A DNA stretch of 63,295 bases, the filler included, from Choristocarpus tenellus KU-1152 (lineage: Eukaryota > Protista > Phaeophyceae): NCBI GenBank assembly GCA_964200185.2. It is 11 parts of 11 records of this genome, joined end to end, with 100 filler letters (N's around TTAATTAATTAA, not from the genome) between each part and the next. Parts side by side here need not be neighbours in the genome. Positions count along the whole stretch, not along the records: positions 1 to 3,628 come from CAXNAD020018859.1; positions 3,729 to 9,015 come from CAXNAD020011263.1; positions 9,116 to 12,177 come from CAXNAD020022597.1; positions 12,278 to 14,951 come from CAXNAD020025754.1; 7 more parts are not named here. One strand, 5' to 3'. Shown here in pieces: positions 1 through 12,304 of this stretch. The first letter of the stretch is position 1; each line of letters opens with the position of its first letter. Below the pieces are notes generated by a model that saw only the letters and a list, made by a program, of their open reading frames with translations, searched no databases and was not told the DNA's origin. Made by a program: the position numbers and the translations under genes.

Positions 1-41
<41 letters not shown>

Positions 42-2599
42 AGAATATAAACTTTATTTCAACGAAATACAAAGTCGTTGATATATTCTATTACTCCCAG
101 GAGGAAAAAAAGCAAAAGAGCAATAAACAGCAACTGAGCTCACTTCGGGTTCCCGTCCACGAACGGAGCAGGATCAGCCAAAAGAACTGTTCCAGGACCT
201 ATTCTATCCGTGGGTTGGCACCATTCATCCGGCCTGGACTTTTCCTGTCCCTGATGAAGGAAGTCCGCGGCAAGAAGGGCGGATGAGAGAATGCACGAGG
301 GAGGACGCGGAGGGGAAAGAGGTTGTTGGGTGAGGATTCAAGAGGCGGAAGGAGAGGAGGAGAGGGCTAAAATATAATAGGATGGGGGAGTAACAAAGCC
401 TTTATCGCAGATGCCCAGGAACGTAACGTGCCAGCACGTGATGTGATAGAATGCATCATACAGAACACGATGCCTGAGTTATCGTTAAAAAATCTGAGGT
501 TTATGATTCTCGGTATCGAAATAAAATGAACATGCTTTGAAGAGTCGACTGCGCCATACGGTTCTTTACTATTTAACTAAGATTACAAGCATGTAACTGT
601 ACTGCTACACAGGCAGTAGGTTTTTGAATGAGGAAAATGCAAGCCGAATCTCTTGAGACGTTAAGTGAATACATACACCACTGCTGATGCTTGATTCAAT
701 ATTACAAAAAATGGACAAAAAAAAATCTTTTTTGTAATTAATTTTTTTGGGGTCATTGGTGTGAATATCATCAACAATCGCAGTATACATCACCAGTGAC
801 ACACTTCGTAACACACAGATGAATACAAATGTTGAAAAAAAAGCAAGGTAGTAAATTGTCCAGGAACAAAGCAATCGAACAAGGGCAACCATCCATAAAG
901 GACTTCTTCTTCCCCTCCACAATAACTTGACCTGCTGAAGAAAAATTGTTTCAATGGTAATTGAGAGTGTTTCACAATATCAATCCTCTGCGCGGTCCCC
1001 CACTTTCTGCCCTCAGGAATACTTCGAAGATGTTGTTTGTACCTGGGAGTGAACTAATCTACTCAAAAGAAATATTAGGTAAGATTTTCTAATATGGAAG
1101 AGGGAAGGGGCTACAATGGCCCGCAAAATCGACAACACAAGAAAGGGGGGCACCTATGTTAAACGCTGTAAGAGGAACTACACCCATTCCGTGTAACCCA
1201 GGACACCAAAAAAGGGACGTATCGAAGGGTGGGGAAAGAGCAGGAGGCGAATTGCAGGAAGCACGAACGCGTGCCTGTACACCCACATCCATAAATGCAC
1301 ACACTCATACACCCATGAAAGAAAGTCCTACCACTCCTGCGCATCACAAGTTGAGACGGAGGGCACTCGATTATAGCACACGGCACAGGGACGTGTTCCA
1401 AAATGACTTGGAATACTTCATATCCTCGACAACAACCGAAGGCCCGCATTTCTATCAGCATGCAAGAGAAGGGTCGGGACAAAGAATAAGATGGGAATTG
1501 CTACTGACACGGGGGCTAGGTAGTCGTTAGCTGTGCGTGAACGGTGCTACTGCAGGGAGTATCATGTGCACCACACCATATGGCCTTCCTTCTCACATCC
1601 GTCACACCGAACTGCTTGTTCAGCGCGGTTCGAATGTCCTCTTGCTCCGCATCATCATCAAAGTCGAAGTTAAACATCATCCGCACTCCGCAAGAATTGC
1701 GTCGGATACCTAAAACCCAAGAGTGTCGAGGAAAGGGTACATGAGTTGTTGAGGAGAGGGAGATCTCCGACGTGCAACGTTCTACTGAAGCGGACGAGTG
1801 GAACGAATGAGAAGACAGTGCACCCACAGCACAAGGACCAAAACCTACAAATCGATTCCACTTGACGCCCCCACCCCACCAATCCACGACACGACTTTTC
1901 CAAAAGTTCGCTGGGTGCAGGCAATATCATGCATGTTGCCTACTGTACGTAAGCAAAACACCTACAGTGCAACGAGATGACAAGACAAGTAAGCAAATCT
2001 CGACCTCTTTGTTATTGAACAATCACCAGGCACCTACCTCAGTAGTAGAGTGGCCAGTGACTCCTTAATCTGTCTTCCAATCTAAGACAAACTCAACAAT
2101 CGCAACCCACCTAAACGCGAAACGGCAGGCCATCGCGCGGAGGATGGAGGAGTCACGAACGCAGTAGCACGAACACAGAGCAAAAAACACGATATACAGG
2201 AGAGATTCCGCATCTCTGAGCCCCAAGGATTGCCCCAGGTTACTTGAGTCGAGGTGTACTGTGATTTGTGACTAACCTGACAACAGATCGTATATCATAC
2301 GTAACGATACATATGATACGATGGTATGACTGTTTCTCAATCTTTCATCAAATAACTTCAGACTTCTTTCAACGCACATCTTCAGCACAACGAAAGAGAT
2401 ACTATGGAAAAACGGAATTCAAAGACCTTGACACTAAGCTCCCTCAGTCGAATTATTAGCCAGAGAGAATGAAAGACCCGAGACCGCCTTGTTAGGCGAT
2501 GAATTGCTGTCCAGAAAAGGGAACAGTGGCAATCCCAAGTTGATGCAGAACACTAATTGGGTGGTCTTTTATCCCATCGTCAAGGAGAAACGGTTGATT

Positions 2600-2808
2600 G
2601 GGTTGGACCACATGAACTAAGAGTGTGTGATAGAAACAGAGGTTGCTAAACAATCTGCCAAGCGAAAGGTCTCGATCGTCCAGTACCTAAAACAACATGG
2701 ACTGTCAAACTTGGACAGAAATCGCCTTCCATTTCATAGGGATATTACCACCCAAGTGACGTGTGCCACTTGAGACTACAGATAGTTGAACAGTTTTGTT
2801 ATTGTCAA
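2600..2808 (+). pseudogene. Degenerate Gypsy-like integrase fragment
   Basis: From 2712 it reads WTEIAFHFIGILPP, then after a frameshift LQIVEQF. This resembles the integrase core start W..ISMDFI.GLP....LVVVDRF. It contains stops and frameshifts and is cut by a MITE at 2809. Confidence 0.35.
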
Positions 2809-3094
2809 GAGTCAAAGCATTTATGAGGGTAGGGCCGTGTTCATTCGGGGTCATGAATTCCATGTTGCGATTTTGATGAATTTTGGCTATCGTGCTTGTT
2901 AGGAAGTGTCAATATCCTTGCTCAGGATACAACTTTCATAGTCGTACACATGTTAGGAAAGTGTTCACACAGAAAACCGATAAAAGGTGAAAATAGTCAG
3001 TGGGAAACGATAAAAGGCGAAAATAGTCAGTGGGAAGCTAACCCCAGGATGGACAAACAGGGCAAAACCCCTACTCTCTTAAATGCTTTTGGGA
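2809..3094. mobile_element. MITE-like family B copy (diverged)
   Basis: Begins GAGTCAAAGCATTT and is an inverted homolog of 51446-51705 (shares GTTAGGAAGTGTCAATATCCTTG and GGACAAACAGGGC). Flanked by TCAA on both sides. Has an internal duplication of GATAAAAGG(T/C)GAAAATAGTCAGTGGGAA. Confidence 0.7.
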
Positions 3095-3461
3095 TCAATG
3101 TGTATTTAGCCTCGACTATTATAACTCAAGTCCCCTGTTTGTATGTTGTCCAAATCATCAGTTGTGAAACGGACAGAAACCGGTTTTGGATCATTCTGAA
3201 ATGTTTGTAAAGTTTCTCCCATTACACACCTAGCTGCAAATGTGGCAAAGTCGCCTGTTTGCAAGTTGTGCAGCTTTGAATTGTGAAATAGGCAGAAAAC
3301 GTTTAAAATCGTTAGCACGATATTGTAGCTACAACTGCTGTTTGTGCAACCATGGTTTTTCTTGCTCATGACACTGTTGGTATCTTGTGCCAACGATATA
3401 TTAGTGGCATTGCACAGAAAATATTTTTTCGAACAATATGAAACCGTCACAGTGTGCCTAA

Positions 3462-3571
3462 ATCTCAAAGTATCTGAGGGGGAGGAGGGGTTTACACCAG
3501 GGTCTCCGCATTCGGCGGGCCCTGACTAGGAGAGAAGTGCACTTACATTATCCATCCAAAGCATGCAAACC
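3462..3571. mobile_element. MITE-like family A, partial, interrupted by a family B copy
   Basis: TCTCAAAGTATCTGAGGGGG...TACACCAGGG...AAGTGCACTTACATTATCCATCC matches the copy at 43971-44149. Confidence 0.75.
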
Positions 3572-3628
3572 GAGCCAAAGTATCTTAGAAGGTAGAGCCG
3601 CGTCCATTTGGGGGTCAAAATACAATGT
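3572..3628. mobile_element. MITE-like family B end, truncated by the contig end
   Basis: GAGCCAAAGTATCTTAGAAGGTAGAG..CGTCCATTTGGGG closely matches the reverse complement of 51660-51705. Confidence 0.75.
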
Positions 3629-3728
3629 NNNNNNNNNNNNNNNNNNNNNNNNNNNNNNNNNNNNNNNNNNNNTTAATTAATTAANNNNNNNNNNNNNNNN
3701 NNNNNNNNNNNNNNNNNNNNNNNNNNNN
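3629..3728. other. Artificial contig-joining linker (first of ten)
   Basis: N44-TTAATTAATTAA-N44, which gives stops in all six frames. Identical linkers are at 9016-9115, 12178-12277, 14952-15051, 19774-19873, 26396-26495, 36252-36351, 41603-41702, 44819-44918 and 57250-57349. Separate 10-N gaps are at 9404-9413 and 11289-11298. Confidence 0.98.
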
Positions 3729-6700
3729 GGGGTGTGGTGACACCTAGGAGCCGTACTGGAAGAGGCGTTTGTGATAGGTGAGTTGGAGGGTGTTAGGGTT
3801 TGGTAGTTTTTTTTTTCCTGGGAGTGTGGTGAGGGTGCTGGAAGGTTCAAACTAGAGTCAGTGAGATTATCAGTCATGCTTGTGTTGGTATAGTGTTTCA
3901 TGTTGTGTCGGGTGGTGGTTAGGGTTAGGGTTTATCTTGGATACGCAAAACACAATACACATCACACATCACACATCACACAACACATATAACACAACAC
4001 ACATCACACAAATGAGAGGGAGGGGCATACTGGATTTGGTGTCTGGCGAATCTCTCTACCTGTAGTTATATTCTCATCAATATATATGCCTATCTGTATC
4101 CATGTCTGTATTTGTGTCCACATCTATGTATCCATATATCCCAAGTTTCTGTCACCTATGTGCATATCTACGTATATGTTTGTATAAGGGCATGAGGGCC
4201 TGGAGGGTGGAAGTTGGAGCTATGTCGGCCTTAGAATCAGATTTGGTGTTAAAAGGTACTGTGTTTTGGGGGGTGTAGTTTGGTGGGTGATTGTGGAGGA
4301 TGAGGTGGGAATTGGGCTCTGTTAGGGGCAGAAAATGTATTTTTTTTGTGTAGAAAGTTTTGTGGTTTCGTTGGTGTTGCTGAATGATTATTGGTCCTCT
4401 AGAAGCCCTAACCCCAGTGTATTGATGTCAGTATAGTCAATTTGTCTTTCCACCTTTCTGACCTGACCTGTAACTTTTAGTTGTCAGAAGTTGGGAAATT
4501 TCGAAGTTCTGGATTATTACTGGATTATCAGAGTAAGATTATGAGAAGGTTGATGACCCCCCCCCCCTGAAATGGCGATATTTTCAAACAAGCCACAGGT
4601 ATGTCTATTTTAGTAATGTCAGACCTGTAGTATTGGTGTCTTATTTGTATTGTAAAAGAGGTGGGGTAGGTAGACGTCTTGTTTGATAATTAGTTGGTAC
4701 TTGGCTTATTTCAGAGGTGTTTTTAGTGGAAAGACCAATATTTCATCTTCTGATGTTGCCTGTCTCTTATTGAGTTACATGCAGAATTCTGTTCCCTTCT
4801 GTTTTTTCTTGGACTCGGTCAATCAAATATGGCAGAAGTAGTTGTTAAGGTAAGTATACATAGGCCGATACAGGTCACTCAATTGGTCTTAGGGCTAGGG
4901 CTGGTTGAAGGGCTCGATGACCCTTTGGTGTACCTTCACCCCTGAAGCCTTGATTTTTTGTCTTCAGCATGGCTTAGGTCACATTGACCTTGCCGACTCA
5001 TCTCCTCTCTCTCTCACTGACTTGCTTGAGAGGTGGGACCACTTTTTGAGTCACATCTGAAAAGCTGTGATGTACTTTTGTTGAATCGATTGTCCTGTGT
5101 GAGCAGAATCTCCTTGCCAATGTCTTTTTCTGGTGTTGAGGTTGATTCCAGCCACCTCTCTCTCCCTGTTAATTCGATGGGCATAAATGAGAAGAAGCTT
5201 TCCTTATTTCCATACAATCTATGTGTATGTATTTGTAGGTTGGATGAGCGGGTTCGGTTTGTGATAGACACGATCTTGATGGTGGAAAAGGCGTTGGCGC
5301 AGACTTTTGTCGAACTGTAAAATCAGGGTGCAACTATTAGGTTATTAGGGCTAGGGTTAGGGTTAGGGTTAGTGGGAAAATGATAGAGACACTTGGGTGT
5401 TTTTGTTCTTGGGGGGGCTAGTGAGAGGGGATTGGCAGGCAAGGTCAGAGGGACCAAAGGTGTTTTTTTTTATGGAAGGTGTTTGCTTTTTTATGCGAGG
5501 CGTTTGCTTTTTTGATGGTGTATGTATGTATGTACGTATGTGAGGCTTTTCAGGGGTGAAGGTGTACAACTGGGTCATGAATCCTCTCCTCTTTGGAAGG
5601 GCAGGAGACCGATCTGGTGTGACCTTTGTTGGCAGGAGTATGAATCATGTTGAACAGCTTCTTGCGGAGGAATGTAGGGGTAGGTCTTTTTCTGACAGCA
5701 TGTAAGCGTGTTTATAGTTTGTTTTATTGTTCATGTTTGTAAGAGGTGTGTGCTAATTGTGTTAATTGTGTTAATTGGAGGGATACATGGAGGTGCAACA
5801 TGGAGGTGCGACTCCTGGCTTTTGATTCATTATTTTAAAAAAATGATTTATTTGTGTAATTGAAATGGTTGTGGAGAGAAAGGGTTGGCTAAAAGAGTTA
5901 GAAGTCTGCTCAATTAAAAAATGGAGTTGAGATGTGACTGCAGTGCGCACTGCCCTAACATGCATGGTAAAATGCAATTGGATCTAAGGTTGGTTGGTTT
6001 AGGGTTAGGGTTAGGGTTCCTAATGGCACCCCCTTGATTTAATCTTTTTACACTAATTTTATTTGCATTTGTTGCATCATATTGTATTGTATTTTATCTT
6101 ATTTTATTTTGTTGTACAGTAAGTGGAAGGTGTGATGTTAAGACTAGACCAAATAGTAATAAAATAGATATGAAAAACTGAGGCACATGTTGTTGGTGAT
6201 CCAGACACTCTCTTGAAACAGGAGATGTTGAACTCTTTTCCATTCATGTATACCTTGTTGTCCCAATATGGTACACAGCAATCTGGTGCCATGACAACCT
6301 TGTAGGCCTCTAGTTTGTTGCATCTCTATTTTTTTCTTGCTCTGTCTCAAGACCTGATCTCAACTCAGAACGCCTGGTCAGGTTTTATGCACAACTGGGG
6401 ATGGGTTACTGTAATGACACCAGCAATGTCTTGAAGGGCTATGATATACTAGTAGTGACAACTGACACTTCTAGTTAACCCTCTACTTGGGGGTAATTAG
6501 CAACTACTAGAGTAGCCTTGACCTTTATGTGGTTCACTTACTGGTAACTCATTGCTTTGTGTCCAAACCTTGTGATGGTCTTGCTTGATTCACAGGTGCC
6601 CCCATCCTAGCAGCAAGCATTATTGCCATGGGAAATGCAAGATCTGCTACATGAGAGTGAGCCAGCCGAGTTACCTGTCCTGTAATGTCCTGTCCTGTCC

Positions 6701-6843
6701 TGTCCTGTCCTGTCTACCCCCATCCTTTTTTTAATTGTGCCTGTATTTTGAGACCTTGATTTTCTACAGTGGTGATGCTTGTGAAAGGTCCTGCAACGAT
6801 TTCTTGGACAACGGGAGTTTTTTGTTTGTTTGTTTTTTAAACC

Positions 6844-7086
6844 CTTTGATTAGTAGACATTGGTATCTCATAGTAGTAGTAATAATAATACTTTGATTAG
6901 TAGGTATTGGTATCTCATAGTAGTAGTAATAATAATACTTTGATTAGTAGGTATTGGTATCTCATAGTAGTAGTAATAATAATACTTTGATTAGTAGGTA
7001 TTGGTATCTCATAGTAGTAGTAATAATAATACTTTGATTAGTAGGTATTGGTATCTCATAGTAGTAGTAATAATAATAATAATAAT
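6844..7086. repeat. 47-bp minisatellite, 5 copies
   Basis: Unit CTTTGATTAGTAGGTATTGGTATCTCATAGTAGTAGTAATAATAATA starts at 6844, 6891, 6938, 6985 and 7032. The copies are nearly identical with no spacers. Confidence 0.95.
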
Positions 7087-7525
7087 AGAAGTATGTGGAG
7101 CTTAACTTAGGGTTAGGGATGTAATTTGAGACATGGTGGATCACATCGATTGATCGAGGATGGTACTTCATCCCCCCACAAGAAAGAACAAGGTGTCTAA
7201 ATCTGGTGTGGCAGTTTGAAGTACATTTTTTTTTCCAAATCAGATTGAATGCCTACCTTGTAAGGAAGGGGGTCAAGAGTGTGTGTTTGTCCTCTTAATA
7301 CTTCTCAAGTCTTTTTCATTGGTCGTTGTGGTCATTCTCGCTCGTTGTCATCCACCCCATTTCCTGTAGTCCTTACTATTATTTGAGGGGTGTTAGTTAG
7401 CCCTTACTAGTTAGCAAGAAAGGCAACCATTTTCTTGTGTTATGCCACTTATTAAATGCTCTCTTTGTGACTAACTCTGTACGTGTTAGTTTTTTATATT
7501 TTATACCCCCTTTGTTCATCCTCAG

Positions 7526-8585
7526 TTTGAACAGTTTGGTGGCAAGGCTATATATTCATTTATTGATGCAGAACAAGGTAGGTGTTGTATCTTTGGGAGG
7601 GTCTCGCCAAGACCCAATTTGAAGTATCAGGCAAAGGAATAGTATTGTTTGTTTTATGTGCTTGTATTGGTATAGTCTGATCTAGGTATCCTTGTTCTGA
7701 CTTGAAGGGATACTTTTGATACCCTTTGACTTGCAACACTAGAATTATTTTCTACTACATTATAATTGTTCTTATTATGTTTTTACTGTTAATTTTATTA
7801 TTAATATTTTTTGTTATTCTTGTTTTTGTTAGTACTATTGATATTGTTATTGTTATTATTCTTTTGTTAGTACTATTGATATTGTTATTGTTATTATTCT
7901 TTTGTTTGTTAGTACTATTGATATTGTTATTGTTATTATTCTTTTGTTTGTTAGTATTATTGTTATTGTTATTGTTACTACATCCCTGTCATATAAATTT
8001 ACTCAAGTTAATTCCATTGCCTGAGCCCTATCCAATTTCTCAATTTTTTGTTATTATTATGTTCAATAGTTTACGTGTATGGAGATTTCACTCTGATGGA
8101 GCAACTTATGTGTAGTCCTATTCCTATCCCTAACCTGCACTCTAATATTAGTACACACTAACAACAGCTTATAATAATAATAATAATATACATTTTGTAA
8201 ATGTCTTTGAAATGTGTCCGTAAAGCTCATGTGCTTTTTCTCCAGTTTTCAGACCGTGACTCTTTCCTACCCTGCAAAGTACAGTATTTCCTCCATTGAT
8301 GACCTGGTACAGGTGATTAGCCTACACGCAAACACAAACGTTACGTACGCCTACTTATGTAGCTATTAACTCTTCTCTTATGTGTACATACTACATGTAT
8401 AAACACATACGTTGATACAGACTCACAGATACATGCACTACCACTATTTTATTTTTATTTATTTTTGTCTCAGGAGTACAACCGCCGCCTTAGACACCCT
8501 GAGGAGTTCAGAGAAGAAGATCCCTCCATTCCTGGAGTGCAAGGCATGAAGTCCCACCTAGGAGAGGGTTCAAAACCAGCCAAGG
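7526..8585 (+). CDS. Internal exons of an uncharacterised multi-exon gene
   Basis: AG/GT-bounded exons 7526-7577, 8070-8109, 8246-8312 and 8474-8585 splice with compatible phases to FEQFGGKAIYSFIDAEQVYVYGDFTLMEQLIFQTVTLSYPAKYSISSIDDLVQEYNRRLRHPEEFREEDPSIPGVQGMKSHLGEGSKPAK. Further candidate exons lie upstream (about 5239-5316, 5554-5672, 6596-6656). No domain recognised. Confidence 0.55.
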
Positions 8586-8720
8586 GTGAGAGGGCAGTGC
8601 TTGTTTACTGCGGAAATAGAGTGCAACATTTGTGTACCTCCCCTTCCCCCCTCCCCCCACCACCCACCCACCCTCACAAGAATAATAATAATAATGTTTT
8701 GTTTTTTTTGCACCGCAGAG

Positions 8721-8867
8721 ATGGTGGTATTATTTATAGCAATGGTGGTATTATTTATAGCAATGGTGGTATTATTTATAGCAATGGTAGTATTATTTAT
8801 AGCAATGGTAGTATTATTTATAGCAATGGTAGTATTATTTATAGCAATGGTAGTATTATTTATAGCA
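8721..8867. repeat. 21-bp tandem repeat x7 (likely intronic)
   Basis: ATGGT(G/A)GTATTATTTATAGCA repeated seven times. It produces the spurious GGIIYSN, AINNTTI and VVLFIAM ORFs. Confidence 0.95.
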
Positions 8868-8959
8868 ATTGTTTTGACCAATTGTGCCACTTTTTTCAAC
8901 AAGGTAGGGATGATACATCATGGACCCACACCCTGTTTTACGTGTTTATCCCGCTTCTT

Positions 8960-8995
<36 letters not shown>

Positions 8996-10783
8996 GGCCC
9001 CTTTTCCCTGTTTTTNNNNNNNNNNNNNNNNNNNNNNNNNNNNNNNNNNNNNNNNNNNNTTAATTAATTAANNNNNNNNNNNNNNNNNNNNNNNNNNNNN
9101 NNNNNNNNNNNNNNNGCGTTGTCTGCGAAACTCGTTCAAAGTTCACCGGCTCCAAAATTGAACCTGCAGATCAAATATATATATAAATATATATAAATAC
9201 ATATATATTTGTGAGTGTTTTTGTGAGTGTTTTTGTTTTTGTCACTGTACCACCGATGCTCCAGCCTTTCGGTCCCGACTCCGATTTTTGTCGAAGTTGC
9301 TTTAAGAAAAAACAACTGATTTTGTCGAAGTCGCTTAAAAAAAAATCTGGTTTTGTTGAAGTTGCTTTTTTTTTTTTTTTGTTGGGTTGTCCCTGGAGGC
9401 TTTNNNNNNNNNNTTTTTTTATTATTTTTTTACAAGTCTTTCAAAAAAATTTTTTTTTTTGTTGATTTTTTTTTTTTTTTTTTCATGGTGGCGTGTCCGT
9501 GGAGGCTTCTTCATAGTACCGTTTCGGTGAATTGTGTAGAATTAGTACCAGTAGGGCTCAATAGACTCTCTCGCCAGCATTTTCAAGTTTTGCTCAAACC
9601 GATCCTCTGCGTCATGTGAGAGAAATGGACTCTGCCCAGTGTGTGCAAGTCTACCACCTCAAACGATAGTGACTTGATTGGCACAATTGCTGTTCCTCTC
9701 TGAAGGCAAGGTTTTTTTAATAAAAAAATATTTTATTTATCTTCGTGCACATTTATTTTATTTTATTTAAAAAGCCGCCGTAAGGCGCAAAATATTGTGG
9801 TGCCCCCCTCTGCCCAGATGCAACAAAACAAGACTAAAAAAAAAAAAGTGTGTTATGTTGTTGAATTGTGTGAATAAAGCTTCTTTTCACAGTACCAAAT
9901 TTTTACTTTTCTGGGGCTAGGAAGGGCGTGAACCCCTGGAGTGTGTGAAATGGCATACTTCAGGTAGCCTTTTTTTATTTTTGAAGGTAACGTATTTTGA
10001 AATTCTGCGCGTGATACGATGTGGATTCTTTCTAATCGATGTAGGGGGGGGGGGAGTTGGGAGGCCATCTCAGCGATTGAGCACTCAGATGTGTGTTGTA
10101 CTACAGCATGCGATAATTTCGTGTAATAATAAGTAAAAATTAAACACTTTTCTTTTTCTTTTTCTTTTGAAAGTCTTCCACTCGTCCCCCCGTGTCCTTT
10201 CAAGTCTTTCAATGTCTAATTGGAGGGTTTCAAGGACAAGGAAGTGATCCTCGCCGTTAGCAAACTTGAAACTTGTAGAGACTCAGAATAGAGAAGGGTT
10301 CTTGCGTTAACACCGCAGGCGTCTTCGGCATTGTTTTGGGGCATCGGTCAGAGCTTGGTCGTGTGAACGCCTCCTTACGAACTAACACAGTCGATGGCAT
10401 GAGAGTTGTATTTACTTTGTAAAAAATAAAAATAAGAGTAAACGAGAGGTGCCCAGAGTTGTATTTTTTATTTTATTTTTAAGGATGCTGACGAACGTGT
10501 ACAAAACCCATCTTTTTTTTTCTTTTTTTTTCGAATGTGTGTTACGGGTGTATATATACTTTCTGTGCTCTCTGTACGTAAAGTTTTTCAAACAATAGAT
10601 AAGATTGATAGGAATCGTCGCTATATAGTCAAACTAGGCACTCCATTCGTAGAAGTATATCGGTGAATGGGATAAGATTGAAAAAACGGCTTAAAATGCA
10701 AAAACGTCCAAAAATTGGGTACCCTCTCTCTCTCTGGTTTACTTTGACTCAATACCAACCGATGAAGGAGAAAACCCTCTGAG

Positions 10784-10817
<34 letters not shown>

Positions 10818-11348
10818 CTGACTGACAGTAACTACAGTTCCCCGTTCACCCTCACTTGGAAGATCAACACGATCTCCAGGAACAAGTCCTCTGTGCCTCT
10901 TAGGGTTAGTTAGGGTTAGATTCATTTCTGACTTCAGAGGAGTTTTTTTGTTTTTTCTGAACAGGGTGGTGACATTTGACAACTGTCAAGAGGTTTCAAC
11001 TGACTCGGTCTGCCGTCTGTTAAAGTGTATGTACATGGTACATAGCTCTGATGGTACCAGCTCTCACTATGATCGTGTTACGATGGCGGGAATTTGTAGA
11101 GCTTGGAGGCGTTTTGGTAACACACGTTTATTCCAACACATATCCATTCATATTTGGGACAATTTTGGGGGGTCCGCTGAAATACATTTTGCCTGAGTGG
11201 GGGGGGGGGGGGGGGGGGGTGACTCACCCCGGCCCGGGCGGGTTTGGAGAAAGGCCTGTTTTGGGGGGGAAAAAATGTTTTCTGCTTGNNNNNNNNNNGG
11301 GGGGTCTGGGGTGGGGCGGTTCCGCCCTCTCGTGTTTTACGCCGTGGT

Positions 11349-11379
<31 letters not shown>

Positions 11380-12277
11380 CTGACTCATCTCGACTCGAGC
11401 GGTCTTGCAGAAATGCCGATTTTGCAGGAGAATCAGATATTTCTGCTGGACCATGCTGCGGACAAGCCTCGGGAAATAAAAAATAAATAGATATTTGAAA
11501 ATTCGGAACAGTCTGGGACTGGATCATGGGGTGCCCTTCTTTTAAATTACATCGATATTTATTCTTTTTTATTGTCCTGTTGGGGGCAGTTCTTGAAGAG
11601 CTCTGGAATCCGAACGTAGGATCTTGTTGAGAATGTCTGGTTTAGTGGGGGTGCACTGGATGTTGAACTTGTGTCTTTTGCCTGAAAGGGTCTGAATATG
11701 AGAGAACACCCGATTTTTCATGTGAAGAGCCGATTGCATTCCCCTCTTTGGCATGTGAAGAGTCGATTGTACTAAACTGAATCCCGTCAGATGCATTGGT
11801 TTTGGTCTAGTGGGTATATATAGGTAGAGGATAAAAAAATTGGGTTTCCGATAAGTTGGGTTTCCAATAAGGGCTCTTTTCGGGGGAGAAGTCATTTCTT
11901 CTTCGGTTGTCTTGCACATCAGAGTAGATAGAGCAAAAAATACAGTTTCATGATGGTATTTTTTTTTTTTGTTCAGTGGCATCGTGAACCGCTTGCTATT
12001 TTATTTTTTTCAAGTCTGTAGGAAATGCTGCACCGGGACCCTAGTTACATAGTCTAATTTTTTTTCAAGTACATAGAAAAAAAAGGTGTGAAGTAATTTG
12101 TACCTGGGCTTACACCGGATTGTGCATCAATTTAACATCTCCTCCTGAGCAATACCCTTCCCGCTCCCCCCCCCCCCNNNNNNNNNNNNNNNNNNNNNNN
12201 NNNNNNNNNNNNNNNNNNNNNTTAATTAATTAANNNNNNNNNNNNNNNNNNNNNNNNNNNNNNNNNNNNNNNNNNNN

Positions 12278-12304
12278 CCCCCCTCCCCCCAGATACTTTG
12301 ACCC
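12278..12304. mobile_element. MITE-like family A terminus at contig start
   Basis: CCCCCTCCCCCCAGATACTTTGACCC, the terminal repeat of family A. Confidence 0.7.

Noticed and set aside
3673-3684. Palindromic TTAATTAATTAA as a regulatory or recombination site
   Set aside because: It is always centred in 88 Ns and is a synthetic six-frame-stop linker.
5346-5371. True telomere
   Set aside because: Only 3-4 TTAGGG units, internal to a contig.
6844-7086. CRISPR-like array
   Set aside because: The units are head-to-tail with no unique spacers, there are no cas genes, and the context is eukaryotic.
7726-8115. Hydrophobic 129-aa 'membrane protein' ORF
   Set aside because: It is a translation of (TTA/TTG)-rich intronic repeats.
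8465-9071. ORFs of 110-200 aa with heptad repeats (GGIIYSN, AINNTTI, VVLFIAM)
   Set aside because: They read through a 21-bp repeat, poly-C and Ns. Only 8474-8585 behaves as an exon.
11051-11527. Gly- and Pro-rich ORFs
   Set aside because: They are produced by poly-G runs and an N gap.
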